A stretch of DNA of 64,000 bases from an uncultured Cellvibrionales bacterium (GTDB lineage Bacteria > Pseudomonadota > Gammaproteobacteria > Pseudomonadales > CAWVSB01). The notes beneath the pieces are model-generated. The model did not search any database, was not told the DNA's origin, and worked only from the letters and a program-made list of their open reading frames with translations. The translations under genes and the position numbers were made by a program. Below, piece after piece: positions 1-11,095 of the stretch. The stretch covers positions 112,643 through 176,642 of the forward strand of contig CAWVSB010000006.1 in the NCBI GenBank assembly GCA_963933215.1, in the 5' to 3' direction. Within the stretch, counting starts at the first letter, position 1, and every line of letters begins with the position of its first letter.

Positions 1-237
1 TTTGACGACAATAGAATTTTGTCTACGGCGTCATATAATGCCGGGCCAAGCCGCAGTCGCCAATGGCTAAAAAAATCAGCCGGAGCTATTCCAGCCGATG
101 TATGGACTGAAATTATTCCCTTCAATGAAACTCGTCGCTATGTACAAAACGTACTATATTTTTCGGTAGTTTATGGGCAAAGGGAAGGCATCGAGGTAAA
201 ACTGCTTACCGAGGCCGAACAGAACACTTTACTGTAG
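1..237 (+). CDS. slt: Soluble lytic murein transglycosylase, C-terminal fragment (5' end outside window)
   Basis: Frame is open from base 1. The tail SYNAGPSRSRQWLKK...IPFNETRRYVQNVLYFSVVYG parallels the C-terminal lysozyme-like domain of E. coli Slt70 (YNAGPGRV..W...IPF.ETR.YV.NVL.Y). Confidence 0.8.
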   Translation, partial: FDDNRILSTASYNAGPSRSRQWLKKSAGAIPADVWTEIIPFNETRRYVQNVLYFSVVYGQREGIEVKLLTEAEQNTLL

Positions 238-358
238 CTAGCATTAAGTTCGCAGTGCAGCAACCAACTGCCGCCACTAATAACGCCAGCTAACGACAAT
301 ACTATCTGCGATACCAACTTACTGCTAAAATGATGGTTACATAACCCATGCAAATTAA

Positions 359-1192
359 GTGATACCGATGCTTGATATTAAACCCATTGCTGGCGCACTT
401 GGCGCCGAGATTAGCGGCATTGATCTTACTGCTAACATTAGCCCTGAGGCTTTTACCGAAATTAGGCGGCTACTCGTTCAATACGGCGTAATATTTTTTC
501 GTGACCAGGATATAAGCCATGCCCAACAGAAAAGAATTGCTGAATACTTTGGGCCCCTGCAAACTCATCCGGCCTACGCGACAGTTACAGATTTTCCGGA
601 AATTACTGTATTAGAAAGCACTCGGGACAAGCCTACAAAAATTGAAGCTTGGCATAGCGATATGACATTTCGCAAGCATCCACCGCTAGGAACTCTGCTG
701 CGCTCTAAAATTATCCCAGCCAAAGGGGGCGATACAATGTGGGCATGTATGGCAACGGCTTACAATGGGCTTTCTCAGTCCATGCAAAATATGCTTGAAG
801 GTTTAGTCGCTATTCATGATTTCCGCCATGGCTTTAAAGAGAGTATAGCGGAGCCGGGCGGAGCGGAGCGTCTAGCGAATGCAATAGCGGAAAATCCGCC
901 GGTTGAACACCCAGTAATTCGAGTGCACCCTGAAAGCGGTAGAAAGGTTATTTTTGTGAATTCGCTGTTCACTACTCAAATTGTAGGTATACCAAAAGCT
1001 GAAAGCGCAGCGATTTTAGAATTCCTATATCAGCATGTAACGACCATTGAATACACCTGCCGCTTTAATTGGCAACCTAACTGCCTTGCTATTTGGGACA
1101 ATCGCAGCACTCAGCATAAGCCGGTTAATGATTATTTCCCAGCGCACCGTCAGCTAGAACGTATTACCATTGATGGCGACAAGCCCTATTAA
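359..1192 (+). CDS. tauD: TauD/TfdA-family Fe(II)/2-oxoglutarate dioxygenase (taurine dioxygenase-like)
   Basis: 277 aa, colinear with E. coli TauD. Motifs include WHSDMTF (HxD iron ligands), GGDTMW, FVNSLFTT and WDNRSTQH. ATG at 368 is an alternative start to GTG at 359. No tauABC nearby, so the substrate is uncertain. Confidence 0.8.
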   Translation: MIPMLDIKPIAGALGAEISGIDLTANISPEAFTEIRRLLVQYGVIFFRDQDISHAQQKRIAEYFGPLQTHPAYATVTDFPEITVLESTRDKPTKIEAWHSDMTFRKHPPLGTLLRSKIIPAKGGDTMWACMATAYNGLSQSMQNMLEGLVAIHDFRHGFKESIAEPGGAERLANAIAENPPVEHPVIRVHPESGRKVIFVNSLFTTQIVGIPKAESAAILEFLYQHVTTIEYTCRFNWQPNCLAIWDNRSTQHKPVNDYFPAHRQLERITIDGDKPY

Positions 1193-1208
1193 GCCTGCCG
1201 CACAAAGC

Positions 1209-1916
1209 TTAGCGACGAAAGAAATCCATCGCTAAGCGAGCGAATTTATCGTTATCGATATCTTGCTCTAGGCTGTCCATTGCGACTTGAAATGTTTCTT
1301 CCCCAATTACCTCGCGACGAATATGTAATAAACTCTCAGCATAGCCTTTAGCAAACTCTGGATGCCATTGAATAGTCAGAACATGATCATTGATACTGGT
1401 CATCATATTGGGACAAAAATCATTACCCGCCAATACTTTTGCGCCAGTAGCTGTCTGCATTACTTGGTCCTGATGGGTGGCCAGAAAGCTTACCGACTCA
1501 CCTGCATTGGCAAATCCTGCGATGTCTTCATAGAGGGTACAAGTTTGTACGCCAACGCCCCAACCCTTATCAGACTTTTGGGTTTGCCCGCCTAAAAAAT
1601 GCGCTACCATTTGATGGCCAAAACAAATAGCGACTAGCTTTTTCCTTCTGGCATTTAAGCCAAATATAAATTCACCAAGTTTTTTAATCCACTCTTCATT
1701 TTGATAAACACTAAACTTACTGCCGGTCAGTAAATAGCCGTCCACTTCATCAATATTAGCTGGGTATTCACCTTTCATTACATTGTAAGTGACTATATTT
1801 ATATCCGAATCTGCGCTCTTTAGTAATTCAGTAAACATTGCGGGGTAGTCGCCGTATGTCGCTTCAAGCTCCGGGCGCACTTCATCTGCGTTTAAAATGC
1901 CAATGGTATAGGTCAT
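1209..1916 (-). CDS. Class I glutamine amidotransferase-like protein (GMP-synthase GATase-domain family)
   Basis: 235 aa with the nucleophile elbow AICFGHQ and a downstream WHPE motif typical of class I GATases. Confidence 0.75.
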   Translation of the reverse strand: MTYTIGILNADEVRPELEATYGDYPAMFTELLKSADSDINIVTYNVMKGEYPANIDEVDGYLLTGSKFSVYQNEEWIKKLGEFIFGLNARRKKLVAICFGHQMVAHFLGGQTQKSDKGWGVGVQTCTLYEDIAGFANAGESVSFLATHQDQVMQTATGAKVLAGNDFCPNMMTSINDHVLTIQWHPEFAKGYAESLLHIRREVIGEETFQVAMDSLEQDIDNDKFARLAMDFFRR

Positions 1917-2109
1917 AAGTTATAGCCTTGCTGTTCGGTGTTAAATTTTATCTATTGCAGCCATGATACATGGTTAGCGATGTTAAGCGTGATAAGCTGT
2001 TAGTAGATATCAAGATTACTATTATCTGGGGCTTCCTTTGATCTTTACAACGACTGTTTCGATTAACCGTCGATTTATTCAGCAATTGAAACAAAAATTA
2101 TCTCATACC

Positions 2110-3615
2110 ATGAGCTGGCTGGTACCCCCCTTAATGGTTATTTTTGCCGCTAATGTCCACGCCGCTGGCATTGATCAAAATATAAACGAATTCGTCCAAC
2201 CGCTCACCGATACTGTAGCTAACTTTATTTTTTATAAAGCTGAAATTTTTGGTACCCAAATGCCACTGATTGTTCTGTGGTTATTAATCGCAGCAATATT
2301 TTTTACCTTTTACTTTGGCTTTTTAAACATCCGTGGTTTTGGGCATGCACTGCGGCTAACTCGTGGCGATTATGATAACCCTGATCACGATGGCGAAGTC
2401 AGTCATTTTCAAGCGCTAACAACTGCGGTATCAGGCACCGTCGGCATTGGTAATATTGGCGGCGTAGCTATCGTTATCACTATTGGTGGCCCCGGCGCTG
2501 TTTTTTGGTTATTAGTAGCAGGATTTTTAGGTATGTCGACCAAGTTTGTCGAATGCTACGCCGGAGTTCGCTACCGACAGCTTCATCCAGATGGCTCTGT
2601 GTCTGGCGGGCCAATGTATTATTTAGAAGCAGCCTTCCATCTACATAAGCTGAGTTTTTTAGCCAAACCAATGGGCATGTTTTATGCCATCGCGATTGTT
2701 ATTGGCTGCCTGGGCATTGGTAATATGTTCCAGTCTAATCAAGCCTTTCAGCAGCTTTTATTTGCCACTGGCGGCGAAACAAGCTGGTTTGTCGACAAAG
2801 GCTGGCTGTTTGGCTTAGTCATAGCCTCAGCCGTTGGATTGATTATTATTGGTGGAATTCAAAGCATTGCTAAGGTCACTAGTAAGCTAGTGCCGTTCAT
2901 GGCAGTGACATACCTAATCGCCGCAGTGGTCATAATCGCTTTAAATGCTGACAAATTACCTTGGGCTATTAGCGCAATATTTACCGAAGCGTTTAACCCT
3001 CAAGCAACCGCCGGCGGCGTCCTCGGGGTAATGATTCTGGGGGTACAGCGAGCGGTATTTTCTAATGAAGCTGGGATTGGTTCAGCACCTATTGCACACT
3101 CGGCGGTACGTACCGAAGAGCCCGCTACTGAAGGCTATGTAAGCCTGCTGGAACCCTTTATCGACACCATTGTAATTTGCACCCTAACCGCACTGGTTAT
3201 CCTAACGACGGTTTATCAGCCAGGAATGGAAAGCGAAGGAGTACAAGGAATAGAACTTACCGCACAGGCGTTTAAGGAAACTATTAGCTGGTCTACTATA
3301 CCGCTATCATTCATTGCGATTTTATTCGCCTTCTCTACCATGATTTCATGGTCATACTATGGCATGAAAGGCTGGACTTATATTTTTGGTGAATCAAAAA
3401 TTGTTGAAGCGCTTTTCAAGCTAATATTTTGCTGCTTCGTCGCACTAGGCTGCACTATTGAACTCAATGCGGTACTGGATTTTTCAGATGCCATGGTCTT
3501 CATTGTGGCACTGCCTAATATTCTGGGGCTCTATATGCTGGCACCGACTATTAAGCGTGAACTGAAAGTATATCAACAAAAACTAAAAAGTGGTGAGATC
3601 ACACCCAACGACTGA
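2110..3615 (+). CDS. Alanine/glycine:cation symporter (AGCS) family transporter
   Basis: Multi-TM protein with FQALTTAVSGTVGIGNIGGVA and SNEAGIGSAPIAH blocks characteristic of AGCS. The track ORF starts at TTG 2038; I prefer the first ATG at 2110. Confidence 0.85.
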   Translation: MSWLVPPLMVIFAANVHAAGIDQNINEFVQPLTDTVANFIFYKAEIFGTQMPLIVLWLLIAAIFFTFYFGFLNIRGFGHALRLTRGDYDNPDHDGEVSHFQALTTAVSGTVGIGNIGGVAIVITIGGPGAVFWLLVAGFLGMSTKFVECYAGVRYRQLHPDGSVSGGPMYYLEAAFHLHKLSFLAKPMGMFYAIAIVIGCLGIGNMFQSNQAFQQLLFATGGETSWFVDKGWLFGLVIASAVGLIIIGGIQSIAKVTSKLVPFMAVTYLIAAVVIIALNADKLPWAISAIFTEAFNPQATAGGVLGVMILGVQRAVFSNEAGIGSAPIAHSAVRTEEPATEGYVSLLEPFIDTIVICTLTALVILTTVYQPGMESEGVQGIELTAQAFKETISWSTIPLSFIAILFAFSTMISWSYYGMKGWTYIFGESKIVEALFKLIFCCFVALGCTIELNAVLDFSDAMVFIVALPNILGLYMLAPTIKRELKVYQQKLKSGEITPND

Positions 3616-3638
3616 CTTTAGCTAGCGACCACGTTTAA

Positions 3639-4217
3639 CTAAACCCCGGAGTCAATGCCCCAGCGCTTCACCACCCCGGTATCGATGCTGAATAAGTCTA
3701 ATACTCGGCCAACGCTGTGATCAACAATATCGCTAATCGATTCAGGTTTGGTATAAAACGCGGGTAAAGGGGGAGCAATAATAGCGCCCATTTCAGATAG
3801 CGCTGTCATAGTGCGTAAGTGGCCAGTATGAAGTGGAGTTTCTCGCACCATTAATACTAGCCTGCGGCGCTCTTTTAACACTACATCAGCGGCGCGGGTT
3901 AATAATGATGAGGTTACACCAGTTGCAATTTCAGCCATGGTGCGCACTGAACATGGCGCAATAATCATTCCCAAACTAGGAAATGAGCCACTGGCAATGG
4001 ACGCACCAACATTCTTAACCGAATGAAATTGATCCGCCATTATTCGAATATCTTCAACTTTATAATCTGTTTCATAAGCCATGGTCATCTCGGCAGACTT
4101 AGTCATTACCAAATGCGTTTCAACATCAGCCTCACGCAGCAGCTCTAGCATACGGATGCCATACACCACACCTGATGCTCCAGATATTCCAACTATGATT
4201 CGTTTTTTTTCGCTCAC
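3639..4217 (-). CDS. ubiX: Flavin prenyltransferase UbiX
   Basis: 192 aa. N-terminal RIIVGISGASG flavoprotein fold and full-length UbiX/Pad1-like sequence. Confidence 0.9.
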   Translation of the reverse strand: MSEKKRIIVGISGASGVVYGIRMLELLREADVETHLVMTKSAEMTMAYETDYKVEDIRIMADQFHSVKNVGASIASGSFPSLGMIIAPCSVRTMAEIATGVTSSLLTRAADVVLKERRRLVLMVRETPLHTGHLRTMTALSEMGAIIAPPLPAFYTKPESISDIVDHSVGRVLDLFSIDTGVVKRWGIDSGV

Positions 4218-4370
4218 GCCAATCCACTTATAGCTATATCATTTTTGAGGGAACATGATACACCCGTTACCGTCGGTATTCATGCATGATAAATACGCAA
4301 AGGAGCTATTAATTAGATCAAGGGGGCAGCTATTGCTGCGCCATTTCTTATTAGCAAGAGGCGATTAATA

Positions 4371-5981
4371 CTATAGTTCAACATTATCTCGATCTTGAGC
4401 CATGAGTGGAACAGCGTCTGGAAAATTACCCACGTCATCAACATCAACAATCCATGGATCTAAACAAGCTCTGTCAACAACACACGGATCCGTTAAAGCC
4501 TCTAAAAATGCCACGATAGAATCACGTTCATTGTTATTTATATTCGGAGCTGGCAGCACACTAGAAGTTATGCCGTTAGTATTTAACCTATCCACCGCAT
4601 CAATAGAGTCAGCATAGGCAGACGGATACATAGTCTCGCAATCCAAGCCGCCAAAGGTCACTAGATCAACAACTTGCGGCAACGCGCAAAATTCTGAATT
4701 AGTAACAAATGGCACTCCTCCGACAGCACCGAAAAACTCATTAACCTCGCGGCGAGGATTATCATAATGGGCCAATACTTTAGCCAATGTTTGATATGCG
4801 CCGGCATGACTATAAGGTGCGGTAACGCCCACATTAAGCAAGCTTGCTGTTCTAAAATGGAATCTATCTGCGGTGTCACCACTGATATTCTCACGACCAA
4901 AGTCGTTGGTCGCGCCACTGCCACTATCGTTGCCCTTGCCTGCGCCAATTTGAGGGAACGCGACAATATGATGCTCTTCATCACTGAAATTATCCCCGCT
5001 ATGACAACGTGAACAGCCAGCACCGCCATCGTTTTGAGAGGTAAAAAATAGTATCGCTCCAGCTTTTTGCTCATCGGTTAATGCCGTGTTATCTCCCTCT
5101 ATATACGCCTTCCAAGGGTTGGCAATAAACACCATTGATCGCTCAAACTCTCCTAACGCCAACCCAATTCGATCATAACTAATTGCGGGGTCGCCAAATA
5201 CGCTGGCAAAAGCTGTTTGCCACTGCGCAACATTCTGCAACCGAGAGGATAAGCCCGCTCTTAAATTTGCATTACTATCAGTAGCTAAAAATGTACCTCG
5301 CATTTCATCAACAGAGGTAACCGGAAAGCGCGCCTGCGCTGCTGGTAATGTAGTACCCGCCGCTAAGGTAATATCGGCAGTGGTGAAATTTGCTGAATCC
5401 GGTGTGACAATGGCGCCACCGCTCCCATTTTGATCAGCCTCCCCGGCAACACTTTCAATGCGCGAGTCCCAGAACATAGCTTTATCCCATAAGCCTGCGT
5501 TAAACACTGTTGGCGCATTGCGTGGCACTGCTGGCAGACCTGTTACTGCCAAATGAAAACGACCGAGACCCAAACCATTCGAATCTAGCGCGCCAGTGCT
5601 ATCGACCGCACTAACTCCAACCGACAGAGATAGATTATCACCTCCACCTAATGTTGGATGGTGACACGAAACGCAAGCAGTATCTTGTACGCCCCCTAGA
5701 TTTTTGGCGTAAAAAAGCTGTTTACCTAGCTGCGCCATCGCGCTGGTAATATCCGGCAAGTCTCTACCGACCGAAGGGTCTCCAGTTAATCCTACAGCAT
5801 TGATTAAAGCCATAAGTTCAATATCTTGCGCATCTGGCTGCGCTGTAATTTCACTCTCAACCGCTGCTATTACTGCTTCATCAACTGCTTCAGTAGCACT
5901 ATCGCTGCTACCACCTCCGCTGCAAGCAACTAACAGATAACAAAATGTAAGAGTTTGTATTAAGTTACTTATTATTTTCAT
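4371..5981 (-). CDS. Di-haem cytochrome c peroxidase-family lipoprotein
   Basis: 536 aa with signal peptide and lipobox (LLVAC). Two CxxCH haem motifs (CVSCHHP, CSRCHSG) in a CCP/MauG-like arrangement. Larger than classical CCPs of about 340 aa. Confidence 0.75.
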   Translation of the reverse strand: MKIISNLIQTLTFCYLLVACSGGGSSDSATEAVDEAVIAAVESEITAQPDAQDIELMALINAVGLTGDPSVGRDLPDITSAMAQLGKQLFYAKNLGGVQDTACVSCHHPTLGGGDNLSLSVGVSAVDSTGALDSNGLGLGRFHLAVTGLPAVPRNAPTVFNAGLWDKAMFWDSRIESVAGEADQNGSGGAIVTPDSANFTTADITLAAGTTLPAAQARFPVTSVDEMRGTFLATDSNANLRAGLSSRLQNVAQWQTAFASVFGDPAISYDRIGLALGEFERSMVFIANPWKAYIEGDNTALTDEQKAGAILFFTSQNDGGAGCSRCHSGDNFSDEEHHIVAFPQIGAGKGNDSGSGATNDFGRENISGDTADRFHFRTASLLNVGVTAPYSHAGAYQTLAKVLAHYDNPRREVNEFFGAVGGVPFVTNSEFCALPQVVDLVTFGGLDCETMYPSAYADSIDAVDRLNTNGITSSVLPAPNINNNERDSIVAFLEALTDPCVVDRACLDPWIVDVDDVGNFPDAVPLMAQDRDNVEL

Positions 5982-6145
5982 AATAACTACCTAGGTCGAT
6001 AAACTCCGCTAAACTAACCAGCAAATGGGTAACAAAATGGCATCAATTAAGGAACAATTGTGGAAGCCTCATAACGCAAATAACCACTAGGCATAGCCTA
6101 CGAGTTTTGCTAGCGTAGGCGGCAACAACAATAAAAGGTAACAAT

Positions 6146-6592
6146 ATGCTGAACTGGCAATGGCAAAGTTTTGACGATTTAACTAAAACTGAGCTTTACG
6201 AAATACTGAGGCTACGAGAAACCGTATTTGTACTTGAACAAGAGTGCGCCTATCAAGACTTGGATTATTTAGACCAACATGCATGGCATGTCTGTGGCCG
6301 CAACGATGATGGTGAGTTAGCAGCCTATTGCCGCGTTATATATCCAGGTAAAAAATATCAAGAGCCAGCTATCGGCAGAGTCGCTACTGCTAAGAAATTT
6401 AGGGGGCTTGGTATAGGCATTGCCTTGATGGACTATGCGATTGAGCAAACAGAGCATCACTATAAGCGACAAGGTATTCGTATTTCAGCGCAACAATATT
6501 TAGAAAAGTTTTATGCCGACCTTGGCTTTACGGTCTCGTCAGAACCTTATAAAGAAGATGATATACCACATATTGAAATGCTACGTAAATAA
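6146..6592 (+). CDS. elaA: GNAT-family N-acetyltransferase, ElaA-like
   Basis: 148 aa. LYEILRLRETVFVLEQECAYQDLD and the RGLGIG acetyl-CoA loop match the ElaA family. Confidence 0.8.
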   Translation: MLNWQWQSFDDLTKTELYEILRLRETVFVLEQECAYQDLDYLDQHAWHVCGRNDDGELAAYCRVIYPGKKYQEPAIGRVATAKKFRGLGIGIALMDYAIEQTEHHYKRQGIRISAQQYLEKFYADLGFTVSSEPYKEDDIPHIEMLRK

Positions 6593-6780
6593 TTATCAAT
6601 GCATTGATTTAGCTATTTGAAAACCATAATTTTTGCCTTTTTCAAGCCCCCAGCATGCGTTTATCTCGATAAGATATGTGCGTATTACTTTAACATGTGA
6701 GACAAATAAGATATCAACACCAATTACCCCGATTAATATTAGTAGATTGGCATCAACATACAATCGTTTTTGATCAAGTA

Positions 6781-6804
6781 CAAAAAAGCCACCCGCAGGT
6801 GGCT
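6781..6804 (-). terminator. Rho-independent terminator downstream of grxD
   Basis: 7-bp GC-rich stem agccacc/ggtggct with a 4-nt loop. A run of 6 T follows on the minus strand (A run 6782-6787 on plus). Confidence 0.7.
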
Positions 6805-6822
6805 TAATTGGTTTACGACAAT

Positions 6823-7158
6823 CTAGTCAGCAGATTTAGCCGCACTTTCGTCAATCAAAGTTTTCAACTCACCACTTTCATGCATCTCAGAGATAATGTC
6901 ACAACCGCCTATTAACTCGCCATCTACCCATAACTGAGGGAACGTAGGCCAATTAGCATAAGCCGGCATGCTTGCTCTGATTTCTGGGTTAGACAAAATA
7001 TCAACATATGCAAACCGCTGACCGCAAGCCATTAGTGCCTGCACTGTGCGCGCTGAAAAACCGCACTGTGGCGCATTAGGGCTACCCTTCATGTAGAGCA
7101 GAATCGCATTGCTTTCAAGCTGGTCTTTAATTGTATCGATAATATCCATGAACCTCAC
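6823..7158 (-). CDS. grxD: Monothiol glutaredoxin Grx4
   Basis: 111 aa with the CGFS active site (PQCGFSA) and conserved WPTFPQLWV.GELIGG.DI. Confidence 0.95.
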   Translation of the reverse strand: MRFMDIIDTIKDQLESNAILLYMKGSPNAPQCGFSARTVQALMACGQRFAYVDILSNPEIRASMPAYANWPTFPQLWVDGELIGGCDIISEMHESGELKTLIDESAAKSAD

Positions 7159-7379
7159 CTCAAGACGCCACTAGCTGGCGCCTAAATATAAATTTAACAG
7201 TGCCTTAAACGGCAGGCTGCATATTGTACCCAAGCCAATAATAAAAATCCTGACTATTTTACTAGGTCTTTCTAACAAGTATCGCTAAAACGTTGCCAAA
7301 ACTGGACATTAGCAGTAAAATTGCTTTTTAAAGGTGGCTATTTGCTGCCTTTTTGCGTTTGTAGGATTTGATTTTAGCA

Positions 7380-8561
7380 ATGAGCACAATAATGAACACC
7401 TATGCGAGGCTGCCTATTGAATTTTCAAGAGGTGAGGGCTCGTGGTTATATGACACTGATGGCAAGGCATACTTAGATGCGCTGGCGGGTATTGCCGTGT
7501 GTAACCTTGGTCATTGCCATCCTAAAATCACTCAGGCAATTAGCGCGCAAGCTGCTACGCTGGTTCATACCTCTAATATTTATCATATTGGTCGCCAGCA
7601 AGAGCTAGCCGATAAGCTATGTAAAAATTCTGGGATGGAAAACGTATTTTTTTCTAATTCTGGTGCAGAGGCAAATGAAGCCGCTATTAAGTTAGCGCGT
7701 CTTTACGGCAATAAGAATGGTATCGACAAGCCTTCTATTATTGTTATGGAGAATTCATTTCATGGCCGCACCTTAGCAACATTAAGTGCTACCGGCAGTA
7801 GAAAGGTACATGCTGGCTTTGAACCCCTAGTTAGCGGTTTTGTCCGCGCGCCCTATAACAATGTTGCAGCCATAGAAAGCATTGCCGCAACTAGCAACAA
7901 TATTGTCGCAATATTAGTAGAGCCCGTGCAGGGCGAAGGCGGCGTGATAATTCCTACTGCTGGCTACTTAAAACAGTTACGTGAAATTTGTGACAAAAAT
8001 AATTGGTTGTTAATGGTGGACGAAATTCAGACTGGCATTGGTCGCACCGGCAGTTTTTTTGCATTTCAACAAGAGGGGATTTTACCGGATGTAGTGAGCA
8101 GCGCTAAGGCGCTTGGTAACGGCATGCCCATTGGAGCCTGCTTAACTGCAAAAAAAGCCGCTAATTTATTCCAACCGGGTAATCACGGCTCGACATTTGG
8201 CGGCAACCCACTCGCCTGTCACACGGCTAGCACGGTGATTGATGTACTGCTTGAAAACAATTTATGCGCACTCGCAAAACAAACTGGCGAGCAATTAGTT
8301 GCTAATTTTTCTATTCATCTTGCAGCAGTAGCTGGTGTTAAAGAAGTGCGTGGTAAAGGGATGATGATTGGGATTGAGTTAGACACTGACTGCCCAGAAC
8401 TGGTCAGTAAAGCTTTAGTGGCAGGGCTGGTTATTAATGTCACTGCTGGCAATATTATTCGACTGCTGCCGCCGCTTAATCTAAGCAATGATGATGCAAG
8501 CACTCTAGTTGAAAAACTAAGTGCGGTTATTTGCGAACATTTAGCAGACGCCAACTCTTAA
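7380..8561 (+). CDS. argD: Acetylornithine/succinylornithine aminotransferase
   Basis: Class III PLP aminotransferase ([29 protein letters not shown] with the PLP lysine) directly upstream of argF. Track start is TTG 7368; I prefer ATG 7380. Confidence 0.88.
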   Translation: MSTIMNTYARLPIEFSRGEGSWLYDTDGKAYLDALAGIAVCNLGHCHPKITQAISAQAATLVHTSNIYHIGRQQELADKLCKNSGMENVFFSNSGAEANEAAIKLARLYGNKNGIDKPSIIVMENSFHGRTLATLSATGSRKVHAGFEPLVSGFVRAPYNNVAAIESIAATSNNIVAILVEPVQGEGGVIIPTAGYLKQLREICDKNNWLLMVDEIQTGIGRTGSFFAFQQEGILPDVVSSAKALGNGMPIGACLTAKKAANLFQPGNHGSTFGGNPLACHTASTVIDVLLENNLCALAKQTGEQLVANFSIHLAAVAGVKEVRGKGMMIGIELDTDCPELVSKALVAGLVINVTAGNIIRLLPPLNLSNDDASTLVEKLSAVICEHLADANS

Positions 8562-8586
8562 GCGCCAATTAATAGGATTATTGACT

Positions 8587-9501
8587 ATGGCCGTTAGACA
8601 CTTTTTAACTTTATTAGATTTATCTCCCAGCGAACTGGAAGGTATTATCCAACGCGCAATTGAGCTAAAAAAACAATATTATGCCGGCGAGCTTTATCAG
8701 CCTTACCAAGGAAAGGTACTGGGTATGATCTTTGAAAAATCATCTACCCGAACGAGGGTATCTTTTGAAACTGGCATGTCTCATCTTGGTGGACACGCTT
8801 TATTTTTATCCTCACGCGATACCCAACTTGGTCGCGGCGAACCAATTGAAGACAGCGCGAAAGTACTTTCTTCAATGGTCGATATAGTGATGATCAGAAC
8901 ATTTGGTCATGACATTATTGAACGCTTTGCAAAAAACTCACAAGTACCAGTAATTAATGCGCTAACTGACGAGTACCACCCATGTCAGCTGCTTGCAGAT
9001 ATTCAAACCTATGTTGAGCAACGCGGTTCGATCAAAGGTAAAAAGGTGGTGTGGGTTGGCGATGGTAATAATATGTGCCATTCATATATCAATGCCGCCA
9101 GACAGTTTGATTTCCAGCTTGTGGTTACCTGCCCTGAAGGTTTTGAGCCGGCGCAAGAGTTGTTAGCAGCCAATCAAGACAGAGTCAGTATTGTGCGAGA
9201 CCCCATTGAGGCGAGCAAAGATGCTGATCTGTTAGTTACCGATGTATGGGCGTCAATGGGACAAGAAGCCGAACAAATGGTACGACAAGATAAATTCAAA
9301 GGTTATATGATAAACCAAGAGCTGCTAGATATAGCAGCTCCTGATGCACTTTATATGCATTGCCTGCCGGCACATCGCGGCGAAGAGATTAGCGCAGAGC
9401 TAATGGATAACCCAGACACTGTTATCTGGAGCGAAGCAGAAAATCGCCTACATGCACAAAAAGCCTTATTAGAATTTTTATTGGAAGCTGCGAAAAATTA
9501 A
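8587..9501 (+). CDS. argF: Ornithine carbamoyltransferase
   Basis: Has the STRTR carbamoyl-phosphate motif, the HPCQ and DVWASMG blocks and the [10 protein letters not shown] motif. Track start is TTG 8581; I prefer ATG 8587. Confidence 0.93.
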   Translation: MAVRHFLTLLDLSPSELEGIIQRAIELKKQYYAGELYQPYQGKVLGMIFEKSSTRTRVSFETGMSHLGGHALFLSSRDTQLGRGEPIEDSAKVLSSMVDIVMIRTFGHDIIERFAKNSQVPVINALTDEYHPCQLLADIQTYVEQRGSIKGKKVVWVGDGNNMCHSYINAARQFDFQLVVTCPEGFEPAQELLAANQDRVSIVRDPIEASKDADLLVTDVWASMGQEAEQMVRQDKFKGYMINQELLDIAAPDALYMHCLPAHRGEEISAELMDNPDTVIWSEAENRLHAQKALLEFLLEAAKN

Positions 9502-10976
9502 TTAAGCACTCGGCCTATCGCTTTTTTCCAGCCACGGTACTTTTCATCTCGCTCTGATTGATCCATAGCAGGTGAAAAGTGTTCAGCGCTGCTAACTAAG
9601 GTACTAAGCTCTTCCAAATCTTTGTAAATACCGACCTGTAGACCGGCTAACAACGCCGCACCCCATGCCGTGGTCTCGGCCATTGCAGAGCTATTAATTG
9701 GTGTCGCCAACATATCTGCCAAAAATTGCACAAACCACTTGTTGGCAATCATGCCACCATCCACTTTCAGCTCTTTAATTTCTATACCGTCAGCTCTAAT
9801 CGCGTCTAATAAATCACGGGTTTGATAGGCAATCGACTCCAATCCAGCAACCACAATGTCTTCACTAGTACTACCGCGGGTCAACCCCAAAATTGCGCCA
9901 CGCGCATTGGGATCCCAATGAGGCGCACCCATACCAGTAAATCCCGGCACTAAGTAAACACCATTGGCACTGTTTTGGGCGTTGGCAATGGCTTCGCTAT
10001 CGGCAGCGCTAGCAATCGCTTTCAAACCATCCCGTAGCCATTGCATAGTGGCTCCAGCCATAAAAATACTGCCTTCAAGTGCATAGCTTATGTCGCCTTT
10101 AATGCTGTAAGCAACAGTGCTTAAAAGACGATGCTGCGAGCGTAAAGCACTATTCCCGGTATGGACCATTAGAAAACAACCGGTGCCATACGTACTTTTA
10201 CTCTGCCCTTGTTGATAGCAACCTTGCCCAAATAATGCCGCCTGCTGGTCACCAATCATTGCGGCAATTTTTATCGGCGCACCTAAAATATCGCTGCTTG
10301 TTTCGCCGAAATTATCAGCACTGTCTTTTACTATCGGCAACATACTTTTCGGAATAGCTAATAGCTCTAGTAGCTCATCACTCCAGCAACCGCGATGAAT
10401 ATCAAACATCATAGTCCGACTGGCATTAGTGGTATCAGTTGCGTGCGTCTGACCGCCAGTTAAATGCCATAGCAAAAAAGTATCAATGGTACCAAAAGCC
10501 AACTCACCAGCTTCTGCGCGGGTTCTAGCGCCTTCTACGTTTTCTAAAATCCAGCGCAGTTTAGTACCAGAAAAATACGGGTCTAATAATAAGCCCGTTT
10601 GTTGATGGACTAGCTCTTCATGGCCAGCCACTTTTAATTCATCACAATATTCTGTGGTACGCCGATCTTGCCAAACAATAGCGTTATATACCGGCATACC
10701 TGTAACCTTATCCCAGACGACCGTAGTCTCACGCTGATTGGTAATGCCTATGGCAGCAACATCGCTGGCGACCAGCCCCGCTTTCTTCAGCGCGCCTTGA
10801 ATAGACGACAAGCTGGTCTGCCAAATCTCGTTTGAGTCATGCTCTACCCAGCCATCATTAGGGTAGTGCTGGGCAAAATCTTGCTGGCTAAGAGCTAAAA
10901 CTTCACCGCTAGATGAAAAAATCATCGCTCTAGAGCTTGTTGTACCTTGGTCTATAGCCAATAAATACTGGGTCAT
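9498..10976 (-). CDS. glpK: Glycerol kinase
   Basis: Starts [16 protein letters not shown] as in GlpK, with full-length FGGY kinase similarity. I prefer ATG at 10976 over the upstream ORF start at 11027. Confidence 0.95.
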   Translation of the reverse strand: MTQYLLAIDQGTTSSRAMIFSSSGEVLALSQQDFAQHYPNDGWVEHDSNEIWQTSLSSIQGALKKAGLVASDVAAIGITNQRETTVVWDKVTGMPVYNAIVWQDRRTTEYCDELKVAGHEELVHQQTGLLLDPYFSGTKLRWILENVEGARTRAEAGELAFGTIDTFLLWHLTGGQTHATDTTNASRTMMFDIHRGCWSDELLELLAIPKSMLPIVKDSADNFGETSSDILGAPIKIAAMIGDQQAALFGQGCYQQGQSKSTYGTGCFLMVHTGNSALRSQHRLLSTVAYSIKGDISYALEGSIFMAGATMQWLRDGLKAIASAADSEAIANAQNSANGVYLVPGFTGMGAPHWDPNARGAILGLTRGSTSEDIVVAGLESIAYQTRDLLDAIRADGIEIKELKVDGGMIANKWFVQFLADMLATPINSSAMAETTAWGAALLAGLQVGIYKDLEELSTLVSSAEHFSPAMDQSERDEKYRGWKKAIGRVLN

Positions 10977-11018
10977 GGGTTCACCGATATTATTATTTAA
11001 AAAGATAAATCTTAGTCT

Positions 11019-11047
11019 AACTGACACAGAACTGTAACCGAACTGTC
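11019..11047. promoter_or_regulatory. Three AACTG(T) pentamers phased 11 bp apart in the glpK upstream region (candidate operator array)
   Basis: AACTG occurs at 11019, 11030 and 11041. The second and third read AGAACTGT and CGAACTGT. They lie 43-70 bp upstream of the glpK start. Confidence 0.3.
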
Positions 11048-11095
11048 ATCATCAAAATTTATTCTACTTTTGAACATAAAAAAGAGGAAAAGAAG

